From the NCBI GenBank assembly GCA_036802945.1, contig DAIRVG010000018.1:1-60330 (forward strand): 60,330 nt of DNA, read 5' to 3'. A program made the translations under genes and the position numbers. Positions 1-9,201 of this stretch are shown here, one piece after another (the first letter of the stretch is position 1; each line of letters starts with the position of its first letter). The notes beneath the pieces were generated by a model. The model was not told where the DNA came from. It saw only the letters and a list, made by a program, of their open reading frames with translations, and did not search any database. Source of the stretch: Vicinamibacterales bacterium. Its GTDB lineage: Bacteria; Acidobacteriota; Vicinamibacteria; Vicinamibacterales; UBA2999.

Positions 1-2512
1 TGAAGGTCAGCGCGCCGAATGTCGGCGCCACCGCGAATCGATAGCGCCTGCCGAGGATGGGACTGGTTGGGCCAAACGTTGCGGTGTCGTACACCAGCGC
101 GGCGTGACTCTCGCCGAGCCACAGCGTCGGGTCGGCGGGATTGTTGACCGTGGTCTGGTTCATCAGCCGTCCGGTGAAGCCCGAGTACGCGCTCGTAATG
201 GTTTGCGAACCAAGTCCGATGGCCTGCAGGCCTCCGGAGAGTTCGAGACGCTTGGCGCTGCTGAAGGGATACACGGCGGCCCCGTGGATCCGGCGGTGCA
301 CTTCCCTGCGCACGTCAGTCTCGCGCACGACTTCGGGTTCGCCGAGCGTGCCGTGGCTGATCGTCGAGCCGGTTAACCAAGGCACCTGGCTCGTGAACAC
401 GCCCCAGTTCCAGCGTGAGCGCATATTCAGATAGCTCACCTGGTAGGCGAAATCGTCGCGGCTCTTGCCCACCTGCAGCGCCGTCTGCACCTTCTGATCG
501 CCCAGCATGTCGCCGAACGACAGGCCAACGCCACCGTGCAGGGCACTTCCATGGCCGCCGCCTCCTGCCGTCAGGTACGGCTGCACCACGCGATCGAGAG
601 ACAACCGTGGTCGATACGGCTTGCTTGTGAACTGTGAACCGTCCTGCAGACCGAACGTGGGAGGACTGACGGCACCGGTGACCATTCGCTCCGGCGGTGT
701 GGCCGCAGGAGGCGTCACGGTGTCCGCAACAGCTGACGTCGGGAGCAGGCGCGAACCATCCGTGGCGTCCACGACGTGAATTTCGTACGCACCGTGGCGA
801 TAGACGCTGAATGCGAGCTGATTCGCCGATCCTGCCACGGCAAGTGCGGGGCTGAGCGCCGTGATCCCGCTGACACCCGTGGAGACGTCGGTGACTCTGA
901 AGATCGATCCATCTGCCAGGACGACCCGATAGACGTTGTTCGTCCCGTCGCCGTCGGAGACGAAATACAGGCTGTCGCCGTCCTGGGTCCAATGCGGATC
1001 GATGTTCTTCGCATGGGGAATGCTTGGCAGCTCGCTGATTCTCCCCGACTCGACATCGATCGACGCCAACCGGAATTCACCGAACGTCAACGTCTCGAGC
1101 GACGACGTGAAACGATCGGTTGAGAACGCGATGGTCCGGCCATCCGGCGACCAGGCGGGATGGAGATCAGCAAACGCATCGGACGTGAGCGAACGAACCG
1201 TGGCTGTCTCGAGATCGATGACGTCGAGATCGCGGAAGCCGTTGTGAAGAACCGAAAACGCGATCCGCCTGCCGTCGGGCGACCACGTCGGGCTGAAGAC
1301 CTGATCCGCGTATCGAAGGGACAACTCGCGCTCCACGCGGCCCGATGCGGCATTGAGGATTGTGAGCACCGGAGCGCCGCCCGAAAGCGCGGCCATCGCC
1401 AGCCGCCGGCCATCGGGCGACCACGCGCCTGCCGAGTCGATGAACTGGATACTCTCGAAATGCGCATCGCCTTCGGTTTTCACCACCTTGCGGCGAACGA
1501 CACCTGTTCGCGTGTCGGCGACGACCATGTCAATCGAGTACTGACTGCGATCGGAGAAGAATGCAATCGCCTTTCCGTCCGGGCTCAACGTCGGACCGAC
1601 GCTCAGCCGCGAATCCGCGCTCTTTCCGCCGAGAACGGTGACCGCCGATGTTGCCGGTGCTGCGCTCGTTCCGCCGAAGACGGTGGCCGCCGATGTTTCA
1701 GGCGACCCGCGTTGCGGTCGCGCGACAGCTCCGCGAATAAACTCGTGCCACGCCGACGACAACGACGTGGCGTCCACACCAGTCACCGCGACGAGGACCC
1801 CGATGGCGCCTCCCGGTGCCTTGCTCCTCAGACTCTTCGCGACCACATCGTCACCGAATCGTGTGGCGAGATACACCCACAAGGCCTGCCCGTATCGATA
1901 GGGGAAGAAGGAGGGATCGTCGAGTTGATCGAGACGCGGCAGCGAATCCTGCTCGACCGAATCGCGCAGCCACATCGCGGTATTCGTATCGATCGTGCCG
2001 ACGGACAGATATTCCGCCATGCCTTCAACGAACCAGAGCGGCAGCGTCGACATCGGCCGCCCGCCCCGCTTCAGGATGTCTCGCTGAAAGGCGTGGACCA
2101 GCTCGTGTCCGAGCACGTGATCCGTTTCGCCGAGACCGGCGGCAAACGGCAGGACGACGCGTCCTTTCTCGTGCTCGGTGACGCCGCCGATGCCGTCGCC
2201 GAGCCTATTCGGAACGACATTGGTTTGCGTGAACTGCGCGTGGCTCGCGTACAGCACGATCGGCTGACGCTCGGTGAACGTGTGATCGAGGCTCCGCGAG
2301 AGGCGGTCGTACCAGCGCTCGGCCAACCGGCCCGCCTGCACCACGGCTTCGCGATCCGAGGAGTCGTAATAGATATCGAAGTGCGGCGTCTGGAGAATCT
2401 GAAAATCGAAATTCTCGTAGCGCACTCTGTTTCGCCCGAACGACTGCGCCTGGCTCGGCGCCACCGACGCCAGAGTCACGAGCACCACCGCCACGACGCG
2501 CTTGACCAGCAC
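1..2512 (-). CDS. Outer-membrane protein, partial (3' end outside window): signal peptide, zinc-peptidase-like (HExxH) domain, PD40/WD40-like repeats, Omp85/BamA-type barrel region
   Basis: Not in the ORF track because it runs off the edge. My translation from GTG 2512 gives MLVKRVVAVVLVTLASVAPSQAQSFGRNRVRYENFDF, then VLGHELVHA and WFVEGMAEY, repeated PTWSPDG/PAWSPDG motifs, and GPTSPILGRRYRFAVAPTFG near position 1. Confidence 0.85.
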   Translation of the reverse strand, partial: MLVKRVVAVVLVTLASVAPSQAQSFGRNRVRYENFDFQILQTPHFDIYYDSSDREAVVQAGRLAERWYDRLSRSLDHTFTERQPIVLYASHAQFTQTNVVPNRLGDGIGGVTEHEKGRVVLPFAAGLGETDHVLGHELVHAFQRDILKRGGRPMSTLPLWFVEGMAEYLSVGTIDTNTAMWLRDSVEQDSLPRLDQLDDPSFFPYRYGQALWVYLATRFGDDVVAKSLRSKAPGGAIGVLVAVTGVDATSLSSAWHEFIRGAVARPQRGSPETSAATVFGGTSAAPATSAVTVLGGKSADSRLSVGPTLSPDGKAIAFFSDRSQYSIDMVVADTRTGVVRRKVVKTEGDAHFESIQFIDSAGAWSPDGRRLAMAALSGGAPVLTILNAASGRVERELSLRYADQVFSPTWSPDGRRIAFSVLHNGFRDLDVIDLETATVRSLTSDAFADLHPAWSPDGRTIAFSTDRFTSSLETLTFGEFRLASIDVESGRISELPSIPHAKNIDPHWTQDGDSLYFVSDGDGTNNVYRVVLADGSIFRVTDVSTGVSGITALSPALAVAGSANQLAFSVYRHGAYEIHVVDATDGSRLLPTSAVADTVTPPAATPPERMVTGAVSPPTFGLQDGSQFTSKPYRPRLSLDRVVQPYLTAGGGGHGSALHGGVGLSFGDMLGDQKVQTALQVGKSRDDFAYQVSYLNMRSRWNWGVFTSQVPWLTGSTISHGTLGEPEVVRETDVRREVHRRIHGAAVYPFSSAKRLELSGGLQAIGLGSQTITSAYSGFTGRLMNQTTVNNPADPTLWLGESHAALVYDTATFGPTSPILGRRYRFAVAPTFGALTF

Positions 2513-3012
2513 TTGTTCTCCCGTTCACCGTGAGTGGCCCGGCGCACTCCTTCAACAGCCCACGTGGCGACACCTGTAGCAGGGTCAGCACGCGCACGCA
2601 GGAGTGGGTTGAAAAATCGGCCGGCGAAAAACTCAGCGGAGAATGTGACGATAGCATCAAACCCGACAGCTCGCAACAGCTGCTCAGACGTGGATTCGCC
2701 AGCGTGGCGAGCTGCGTCCACAACCGCGCGCGGCTGTATCACCTCCACTCGAAGCGGCTCTACTAAGGGCTGTCAACGTACACCACGATTTCAGCGCAGG
2801 GGTCGTCCAGCGAACAGGAAGCCGCGCACGCCCGCCACGGCCGCTTGTCGCGACGATCACGGCATGTCGCGATGTGCGGCCCGCACATGACGCGCTCGCT
2901 TGAGCATTCCACCCTACAGGAATCGTCCGTAGTGCTCGAGCGTATTTCGGCCCGGCGTCGCGGTCTTCGTGTTGCACCCTTCCTTCGGCAAGAGGAGAGG
3001 AGAGGTAACAAG

Positions 3013-3636
3013 ATGACTGTTCGACATGTATGTGGCGCAGTGATGGCTGTTGTGTTGACGTGTGGTGCGCCCACTGTTGCCCGCGCGCAGATACTACCGC
3101 CGGAGGAAAGCGGCATGGTTACCGTCGCGGGATGTTTGCAGCTCCGCGACGCGGACCACAAAGACCAGTACATTCTGGCGAACCCGGTCCCTGGTCCGAT
3201 CGACAGCGTGCCAGACGGGAGATGTAGCGCCACGATCGACCAACGAGCGTTCGACCTGGACAAGACCCACAAAGTAGGCATGAGCGACGCGCTGCTCGGC
3301 CACTGGGTCGAAATCAATGGAAGACTCGAGAAGGAAACGCACGACCGCTTGGACAATCTTCGTGAACTGAGCGCCTTGTCCTTCAGAGTGGTGCCGGTCG
3401 TTCCTCCACCAGTCGAAGTCGCCGTCGTCGAGCGGATAGCTCCTCCCGAAATTCAGCAGACGCCCACGCCCAGGGTGGAGACGCGGCAGGAGGAGACACC
3501 GGTCGCCACAACAGGAACCCTTCCGGAGACGCTGCCCAAGACAGCGAGCCCGCTTCAGGGAATCGGACTGCTCGGGCTGTTTGGACTCGCGGGAGGTCTT
3601 GCTCTTCGTGTCAACCGGCTCCACGAACGTGGGTGA
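3013..3636 (+). CDS. Exported protein with C-terminal LPXTG-like (LPKTA) sorting signal
   Basis: GAGGAG RBS before ATG 3013; signal peptide ending ARA-Q; VTVAGCL domain; Pro/Thr/Glu linker; LPKTASPLQGIGLLGLFGLAGGLALR plus a basic tail. Confidence 0.8.
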   Translation: MTVRHVCGAVMAVVLTCGAPTVARAQILPPEESGMVTVAGCLQLRDADHKDQYILANPVPGPIDSVPDGRCSATIDQRAFDLDKTHKVGMSDALLGHWVEINGRLEKETHDRLDNLRELSALSFRVVPVVPPPVEVAVVERIAPPEIQQTPTPRVETRQEETPVATTGTLPETLPKTASPLQGIGLLGLFGLAGGLALRVNRLHERG

Positions 3637-3676
3637 CGCCGGTTGAAGTACGGACGCTGGAGTCGACGAGGTCGTT

Positions 3677-3815
3677 ATGAACTGGCTGTTTCAATTGCAC
3701 AAAGACGCTGCCGACCGCTCAGGCGGTCGGCGTCCTTGCAATAGTGACCGCCGTTGGAATCGCCCTCGGACCCTTCAGCGTCCGCGGTATCAGACTGGGT
3801 TCGGCGGGCGGGTAG
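3677..3815 (+). pseudogene. 5' remnant of a YidE/YbjL (AspT-family) transporter gene with a frameshift and early stop
   Basis: GAGGT RBS and ATG 3677. Removing one A from the AAA at 3701-3703 gives MNWLFQLHKTLPTAQAVGVLAIVTAVGIALGPFSVRGIRLGSAGG*. From memory this resembles the YidE/YbjL N-terminus (..G..LG.AGVLF); not database-checked. Confidence 0.6.
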
Positions 3816-4012
3816 CCTGGAGCATCAGGATCGCGCAGCTATGTCGGAGCTGAGGGAGCGACACCGAGCGCCTCTGCTCTTACCCAGTTCATCGAAGCCC
3901 ATCTCGCCCGTCCGACGAGACGGGATGTTGTGAGCACTCACGGTTCGCTGTCACTCCTGATTTCGAATCGGTCCGAATTCGACCGCCTGCCTCATTTCTG
4001 ACGACGGCGCAC

Positions 4013-4028
4013 TGGCAGCGCGGTTGCA
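4013..4028 (+). promoter_or_regulatory. Candidate sigma54 (-24/-12) promoter
   Basis: TGGCAG-CGCGG-TTGCA with exact GG-N10-GC spacing, directly upstream of the amidohydrolase gene. Confidence 0.6.
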
Positions 4029-4048
4029 CGGTCCGTCGAGTGCGTCCG

Positions 4049-5176
4049 ATGACGAAGAAATTCCACGCAGTCCCGTTGCGGACCTTAATGTGTGAGGCGG
4101 CGGTTCTCGCGCTGACGTTGACTCTGTCAGCGCCAACGCCGCAGGCGCAGCCCATTCCGCCAGCCTACGAGTTCAACGATTCGCACTTCCACCTGACGAA
4201 CTACGTGCAACGGGGCATCGACATCCACCAGTTCCTTCACATCATGGGAGGCCGCGTCGGCCGATCGGCGCTCTTCGGCATCCCGCTGCAGCAGGAATGG
4301 TCGTACGCCAACTCGGGCGACTTCGCGCCGACGTACTACCTGCAGAGCGACGCTCCGCTCTATTACTACTCGTTCACCGACGCCTACATCGCGAGCGTCT
4401 ATTTGTCGCTGTCGAAACAGGAACAGGCACGCTTCGACCCGATGATCACCGGATTCAACCCGGCCGACATGTACGCGGTCGATCACATTCGTCGCGTGCT
4501 GCAGATGTATCCAGGCGTGTTCTCGGGCATCGGCGAATTCACCATTCATAAGGAGTTCGTCTCAGCGAAGGTCGCTGGAGACGCGGCGAGCCTGACCAAT
4601 CCGGCGCTCGATCGCATCTTCGACTTCGCGGCCGACGTCGGTCTCGTCCTTCTCATCCACAACGACATCGACGTGCCCTTCGCAAAGCCAGACGACGAGC
4701 CCGCTTACCTCACGCAGATGAAGGCGCTTCTCACACGACATCCGAGGACGACGGTCATCTGGGCCCATATCGGCCTCGGGCGCGTCGTCCGCCCTGTGCA
4801 AGCCTCGCCGGGAGCAGCGGTTCGGCATCCGGCGCAAGTAGAGATGGTCGAGACGATGCTGACCGACCAGGAGTTCAGCCACGTGAACTTCGACATTTCA
4901 TGGGACGAGGTGGCCAAGTATGCCGTGGCCTCACCGGAATCGATCGCTCGCGTGGCCGGCATGCTCAACAAGTATCCGGATCGATTCCTGTTCGGCACCG
5001 ACACGGTGGCGCCTGCAGACGCACGTGCGTACTACGCCGTGTACGACATGTGGGACCCGATCTGGAGCCGGCTGACAAGCGACGCGAGCTTCAAGATTCG
5101 CAAAGGCAACTATGAGCGGATCTTCGATGCCGCGCGACAGCGGGTTCGGGCATGGGAGAAAGCGAACGTCAAGTGA
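4049..5176 (+). CDS. Exported metal-dependent amidohydrolase-superfamily protein
   Basis: DSHFH (HxH), GEFTIHKE, LIHND, WAHIG and FLFGTD metal-ligand motifs; N-terminal signal peptide. Start uncertain (4040, 4049 or later). Confidence 0.85.
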   Translation: MTKKFHAVPLRTLMCEAAVLALTLTLSAPTPQAQPIPPAYEFNDSHFHLTNYVQRGIDIHQFLHIMGGRVGRSALFGIPLQQEWSYANSGDFAPTYYLQSDAPLYYYSFTDAYIASVYLSLSKQEQARFDPMITGFNPADMYAVDHIRRVLQMYPGVFSGIGEFTIHKEFVSAKVAGDAASLTNPALDRIFDFAADVGLVLLIHNDIDVPFAKPDDEPAYLTQMKALLTRHPRTTVIWAHIGLGRVVRPVQASPGAAVRHPAQVEMVETMLTDQEFSHVNFDISWDEVAKYAVASPESIARVAGMLNKYPDRFLFGTDTVAPADARAYYAVYDMWDPIWSRLTSDASFKIRKGNYERIFDAARQRVRAWEKANVK

Positions 5177-5224
5177 CCGCCCGATTCGGCGGCGAGAAGG
5201 AATCAAAGTAACAGGAGAGTAGAC

Positions 5225-6325
5225 ATGAAGCAGAAAGTGCTGTTGTTCCGGCAGAGAGCCTGGCTGCCGACCACGATGACCATCGCCCTTGTCGGCGGGC
5301 TCGCGCTCTTCGCCCAGCAAGCGACGGCAACCGATCCGCAAACCGCGGTCAACAACGCGTTCAATCAGTTCAAGACACTGAAGGAAGGTAAGAACGCCGA
5401 CTACATTCCCGCGCTGGCCAAAGTGGACCCGAACCTGTTCGGGATCGTCCTGGTCACCGCCGACGGCAAGGTGTACACGGCCGGTGACGTCAAGACAGAG
5501 GTGTCGATTCAGTCAATCTCCAAGGTCTTCACGATGGCCGAGGTCGTCCAGGAGCAAGGCCCTGACTCGATCGAGAAGCGTATCGGCGTGGATGCGACCG
5601 GCGCACGGTTCAACTCGATCATTGCGGTCGAAGCGGTCAAGACCGTCGTAGGCACCGGTGCACCCGAAATGAACCCGCTCGTCAATCCCGGAGCCATCTC
5701 CGCGACAAGTATGGTTCAAGGGGCGACGCCCGACGAGGTCTGGCGGAAGATCATCGGAATGTATAGCGCCGCCGCGGGCCGGCCGCTGAGCGTGCTCCAG
5801 GACGTCTACAAGTCCGAGGCAGACACCAATCAGCGCAACCAGGCCATCGGGGCGTTGATGTACGCCTACGGCTACATCAAGACCAACTGGCAGCAGGCCG
5901 TCGATCTCTACACACGGCAGTGCGCGGTCGGCGTCAATGCGAACGATCTCGCGACGATGGCCGCCACGCTCGCCGCAGGCGGCAGGAACCCGCTTACGGG
6001 TAAGCAGGTGATCGACCAGAAGAACGTGCCCGGGATCCTGGCCGTGATGGCGACCGCGGGGCTGTATGACGATTCCGGCAAATGGCTGTACCAGACGGGG
6101 CTGCCGGGCAAGAGCGGGGTCGGCGGTGGGATCATTGCGGTGTCGCCCGGTAAGTTCGGCATCGCCGTCATCTCCCCACCGCTCGACGACGCAGGGAACA
6201 GCGTGCGCGCGCAGCGGGCGATTACGTCGATCTCGAACGCGCTCGGCGGCAACCCGTACGCCGTGGGTCCGGAAGACATTCAGCGTCTTCGGGAAACGCC
6301 AACCGCAACAGGCGGCAAGCGATAA
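5225..6325 (+). CDS. glsA: Glutaminase A with N-terminal signal peptide
   Basis: GKNADYIPALAKV, SIQSISKVF (SxxK), NPLVNPGAI, GLPGKSGVGGGI, SPPLDDAGNSVRA. Confidence 0.95.
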   Translation: MKQKVLLFRQRAWLPTTMTIALVGGLALFAQQATATDPQTAVNNAFNQFKTLKEGKNADYIPALAKVDPNLFGIVLVTADGKVYTAGDVKTEVSIQSISKVFTMAEVVQEQGPDSIEKRIGVDATGARFNSIIAVEAVKTVVGTGAPEMNPLVNPGAISATSMVQGATPDEVWRKIIGMYSAAAGRPLSVLQDVYKSEADTNQRNQAIGALMYAYGYIKTNWQQAVDLYTRQCAVGVNANDLATMAATLAAGGRNPLTGKQVIDQKNVPGILAVMATAGLYDDSGKWLYQTGLPGKSGVGGGIIAVSPGKFGIAVISPPLDDAGNSVRAQRAITSISNALGGNPYAVGPEDIQRLRETPTATGGKR

Positions 6326-6341
6326 CCGGACCCCCAGGGTC

Positions 6342-6369
6342 GAGCGGGTGGCCCGCGCGCCACTCGCTC
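6342..6369 (+). terminator. Hairpin after glsA, possible weak terminator or processing site
   Basis: GAGCGGGTGGC-ccgcgc-GCCACTCGCTC, an 11-bp stem with one G-U pair, followed by TTCGTCTT. Confidence 0.4.
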
Positions 6370-6447
6370 TTCGTCTTGCTGCTGATCCTGCTGACCAACG
6401 CCCATCGTCCGGGTGCACACAACCGTCTGCGCTCATTGCCGCCCGTC

Positions 6448-8130
6448 ATGAAACACACCTCGCGCAGCATTTGGTCGCTGGTCGTCCTCGTGACTCTCTG
6501 GGCGACGAGCCCCGTCTTCGGCCAGAGTATCCAGAGTCTGGCATCCGCCGACGGAGTCGATGCCAAAGCCGGTTCAGACACACGACAAGCGACCGTCATC
6601 GTCGACGGCCAGCCGCTCTTCGTCGTCCGGGGCGTCTCGGCCTATCCCGCCGTACGTCGCGCAGGAGAGATCGCAGATCGGATCAGGTCGGTCGCAGCGA
6701 ACAAGGCGATCGCCACCTCGTCGATGACCGTCGAGGACCAGTCTGGAGCGACATGGATTCTGGCGGGCGGCAGTCGAATCATGGCAGTGACCGACGAGGA
6801 TGCCTCCCTCGAATCGGCAAACCGTCGCCTGATGGCGCAGGTGTTCAGCGCAAAGATCGCGGAAGCCATCGATGCGTACCGGAAGGACCGCGAGCCGGCC
6901 GTGCTGTTGCGGCACGGCCTCTTCGCCTTTGGAGCGACGCTGGTTCTGCTCGGCGCCATCTACCTCGTAGTCCGGATTGGCCGACGACTCCAAGAAGGTG
7001 TCGAGCGGAAGTACAGAGGACGGATTCACGATCTCACCATCCTGAGTTTTCCCATCGTCAAGGCCGAGCACGTCTGGCAGTTGTTCTCGGGACTCCTCCG
7101 TTTTGCGACGGGGATCGCCATCCTCCTCATGGCGCTGGTCCATCTCCGATACACGCTCGGGCTGTTTCCCTGGACACGGGGGACGGCGACGCAGCTGTTC
7201 GCCATCGCGATCGAACCGCTGCGGCAGATGGTTCTGGCTCTTGCCTGGATCGTCCCGGATGTTGCGTTTCTCGCGTGTCTGTTCGTCGTGACGCGCTACG
7301 TGCTGAAACTGGTTGCGCTCTTTTTCGACAGCGTCGCCACCGGCAGGGTGAAGCTGCAGCACTTCGATGCGGAGTGGGCGCTGCCGACGTATCGACTCGT
7401 ACGGGTGCTGATCGTCGCGTTCGCGCTCGTCGTGGCGTACCCGTACATTCCCGGATCGGAGACCGACGCCTTCAAAGGCATCTCGGTGTTCATCGGCGTC
7501 GTCATTTCACTCGGCTCGTCGTCTCTGATAGGCAATCTCATCGCCGGGTACAGCATGACGTATCGTCGCGCCTTCAAGCTCGGTGACAGGGTCAAAATCG
7601 GCGAACACGTCGGCGAAGTCATCGAGATGCGACTGCTCGCGACGCACCTCCGCACGCCCAAAAACGAAGAGGTCATCATTCCAAACGCGACGAGCGTGAC
7701 CTCGGACGTCGTGAACTTCAGCACGATGGCCAGGAACCGTGGCCTCATTTTGCACACGACTGTGGGAGTCGGGTACGAGACGCCCTGGCGACAAGTCGAG
7801 GCGATGCTGCTCGAGGCTGCCTCGCGCACGCCCGGGCTGCTGCCGGACCACCCGCCCTTCGTGCTGCAGCTCGCGCTCGCCACGTTCAACGTCGTCTACG
7901 AGCTCAACGTGTACAGCAACAGGGCCGAGCGCGTGCGTCTGCTGTACTCAGAGCTGCACCGCAACATCCTCGATGTCTTCAACGAGTACGGCGTGCAGAT
8001 CATGACGCCCGCATACGAGGGAGATCCACGCGACAGCAAGGTGGTGCCGAAGGAACGATGGTACGCGCCTCCTGCCCGGCCGCCGGCGGCGCCGGGCCGG
8101 CCGCTGCTCGTGCCGAAGGCGTCGTCGTGA
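6448..8130 (+). CDS. MscS-family mechanosensitive channel with periplasmic N-terminal domain
   Basis: TM helices followed by GNLIAG, RAFKLGDRVKIG, EEVIIPN, VGVGYETPW. Start MKHTSRS (ATG 6448) preferred over 6376. Confidence 0.9.
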   Translation: MKHTSRSIWSLVVLVTLWATSPVFGQSIQSLASADGVDAKAGSDTRQATVIVDGQPLFVVRGVSAYPAVRRAGEIADRIRSVAANKAIATSSMTVEDQSGATWILAGGSRIMAVTDEDASLESANRRLMAQVFSAKIAEAIDAYRKDREPAVLLRHGLFAFGATLVLLGAIYLVVRIGRRLQEGVERKYRGRIHDLTILSFPIVKAEHVWQLFSGLLRFATGIAILLMALVHLRYTLGLFPWTRGTATQLFAIAIEPLRQMVLALAWIVPDVAFLACLFVVTRYVLKLVALFFDSVATGRVKLQHFDAEWALPTYRLVRVLIVAFALVVAYPYIPGSETDAFKGISVFIGVVISLGSSSLIGNLIAGYSMTYRRAFKLGDRVKIGEHVGEVIEMRLLATHLRTPKNEEVIIPNATSVTSDVVNFSTMARNRGLILHTTVGVGYETPWRQVEAMLLEAASRTPGLLPDHPPFVLQLALATFNVVYELNVYSNRAERVRLLYSELHRNILDVFNEYGVQIMTPAYEGDPRDSKVVPKERWYAPPARPPAAPGRPLLVPKASS

Positions 8131-8193
8131 GCCTCTGGCTCCTCATGCTGTACTGATTGTCGAACTCGGTCATCCCACGGCTTCGAGCCATGC

Positions 8194-8529
8194 ATGCGCG
8201 TCACGCAGCACAAGAACGGCCCTGCGCGCAAGTTCCTTCCCTCGCTGCGTGGTCGTCAGCTCGTGATCTCGATCGTCAGCGTAGAAGAGGTGTTGGAAGG
8301 CGCGGCCGACGAAGCCGCAGCGTTCGCGTCATTGCAACGGTTTGCGATTCAAGGATTGCACTTCGCACAGGCGCGGCGGTGCGCCCTGCTGCAGCGTCGC
8401 GCATCGGGCCGGATGGGCGACAATGACGCATGGCTCGTGGCTACCGCCGACTCGCTTAATGCTGACGTCGTCGGAGCGGATCGTGCCACGTTCGAGCGAT
8501 TGGGTGCACGTTACCTCCGCTTCCGCTAG
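8194..8529 (+). pseudogene. 5'-truncated PIN-domain (VapC-like) toxin
   Basis: ISIVSVEEVLEG, GDNDAWLVATA and VGADRATF match the PIN core. The N-terminal strand with the first catalytic Asp is absent in frame, and no antitoxin lies upstream. Confidence 0.6.
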
Positions 8530-8664
8530 TGGCGCCGGCCCAGGCCGAGGAAGGCCCACCAATCCACAAGACCCGCGTCCACCAACCTTCGCTCCCCGTC
8601 CACCGAAGGTTGTCCGCTATTGCATCACGAAGCGACGCGAGACGGACGTCATGTCAGCGCCGAC

Positions 8665-9201
8665 CTATCGAATGGTCGCGCCCGAAAGGTCGGACTCAAT
8701 GGTGTCGATCTGATAATTTGCCCAGCGCAGATCGGCTTCGGCGAAGTTGGCGTCCTTGAACGCGGCGCCCGTCAGGTCCGCATCGCAGAACACCACACGG
8801 CGCAGGTTCGCCCCATCAAAGATCGCATCCCGGAGATCGCTGTGCTGAAAGGTCCCCCACCGCAGCGTGGCCCCGCGGAAGGTTGCTCCGCGCAGCTTCG
8901 AGCTGCGGAGATTGGCGTAATCCATCTGTGCGCCGTCGAAGCGAGAGCCCACGAGATTGCAGCCTTCGAGCCAGGACCGCCGCAGATCCGCGCCCTCGAA
9001 GTTGACGCCCGCGAGATTGCTCCACGCGAGGTTGGCTTCGAACAGATTCGCGCCATGCAGGTCGGCGCCCGCGAGATCGCAGCCCTCGAGGTTCACACCT
9101 TGCAGCGTGATCGCCTCGTCCGGGTGCGCCGCGCGGTATTCGTTGAACGCCCGGGGCGACTCGACGAGCAGCGCTGCGAGGTCGACGGGTGTGGTCAGCA
9201 T
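8665..9201 (-). CDS. Pentapeptide repeat protein
   Basis: Long run of A(D/N)LxG-type pentads (GCDLAGADLHGANLFEANL...). Confidence 0.92.
   Translation of the reverse strand: MLTTPVDLAALLVESPRAFNEYRAAHPDEAITLQGVNLEGCDLAGADLHGANLFEANLAWSNLAGVNFEGADLRRSWLEGCNLVGSRFDGAQMDYANLRSSKLRGATFRGATLRWGTFQHSDLRDAIFDGANLRRVVFCDADLTGAAFKDANFAEADLRWANYQIDTIESDLSGATIR

Noticed and set aside
1160-2533. Long plus-strand ORF (457 aa), and similar long ORFs at 11442-12770, 19115-20545, 40182-41849 and 48629-50203
   Set aside because: These are antisense shadows of well-supported genes, typical of high-GC codon bias, with no family motifs.
2941-2966. Same ECF-like promoter upstream of the LPKTA gene
   Set aside because: CGTATT is followed by GTCT one base out of register and does not match CGTTGTT.
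2513-3012. Small gene or ncRNA in the 500-bp divergent gap
   Set aside because: The short ORFs lack RBS or family signal, and the TTGACA at 2771-2776 has no matching -10.
3704-3734. GC-rich hairpin (CCGACCGC-TCAG-GCGGTCGG) as terminator of the LPKTA gene
   Set aside because: There is no U-tract and it lies inside the transporter remnant's coding frame; it could be incidental.
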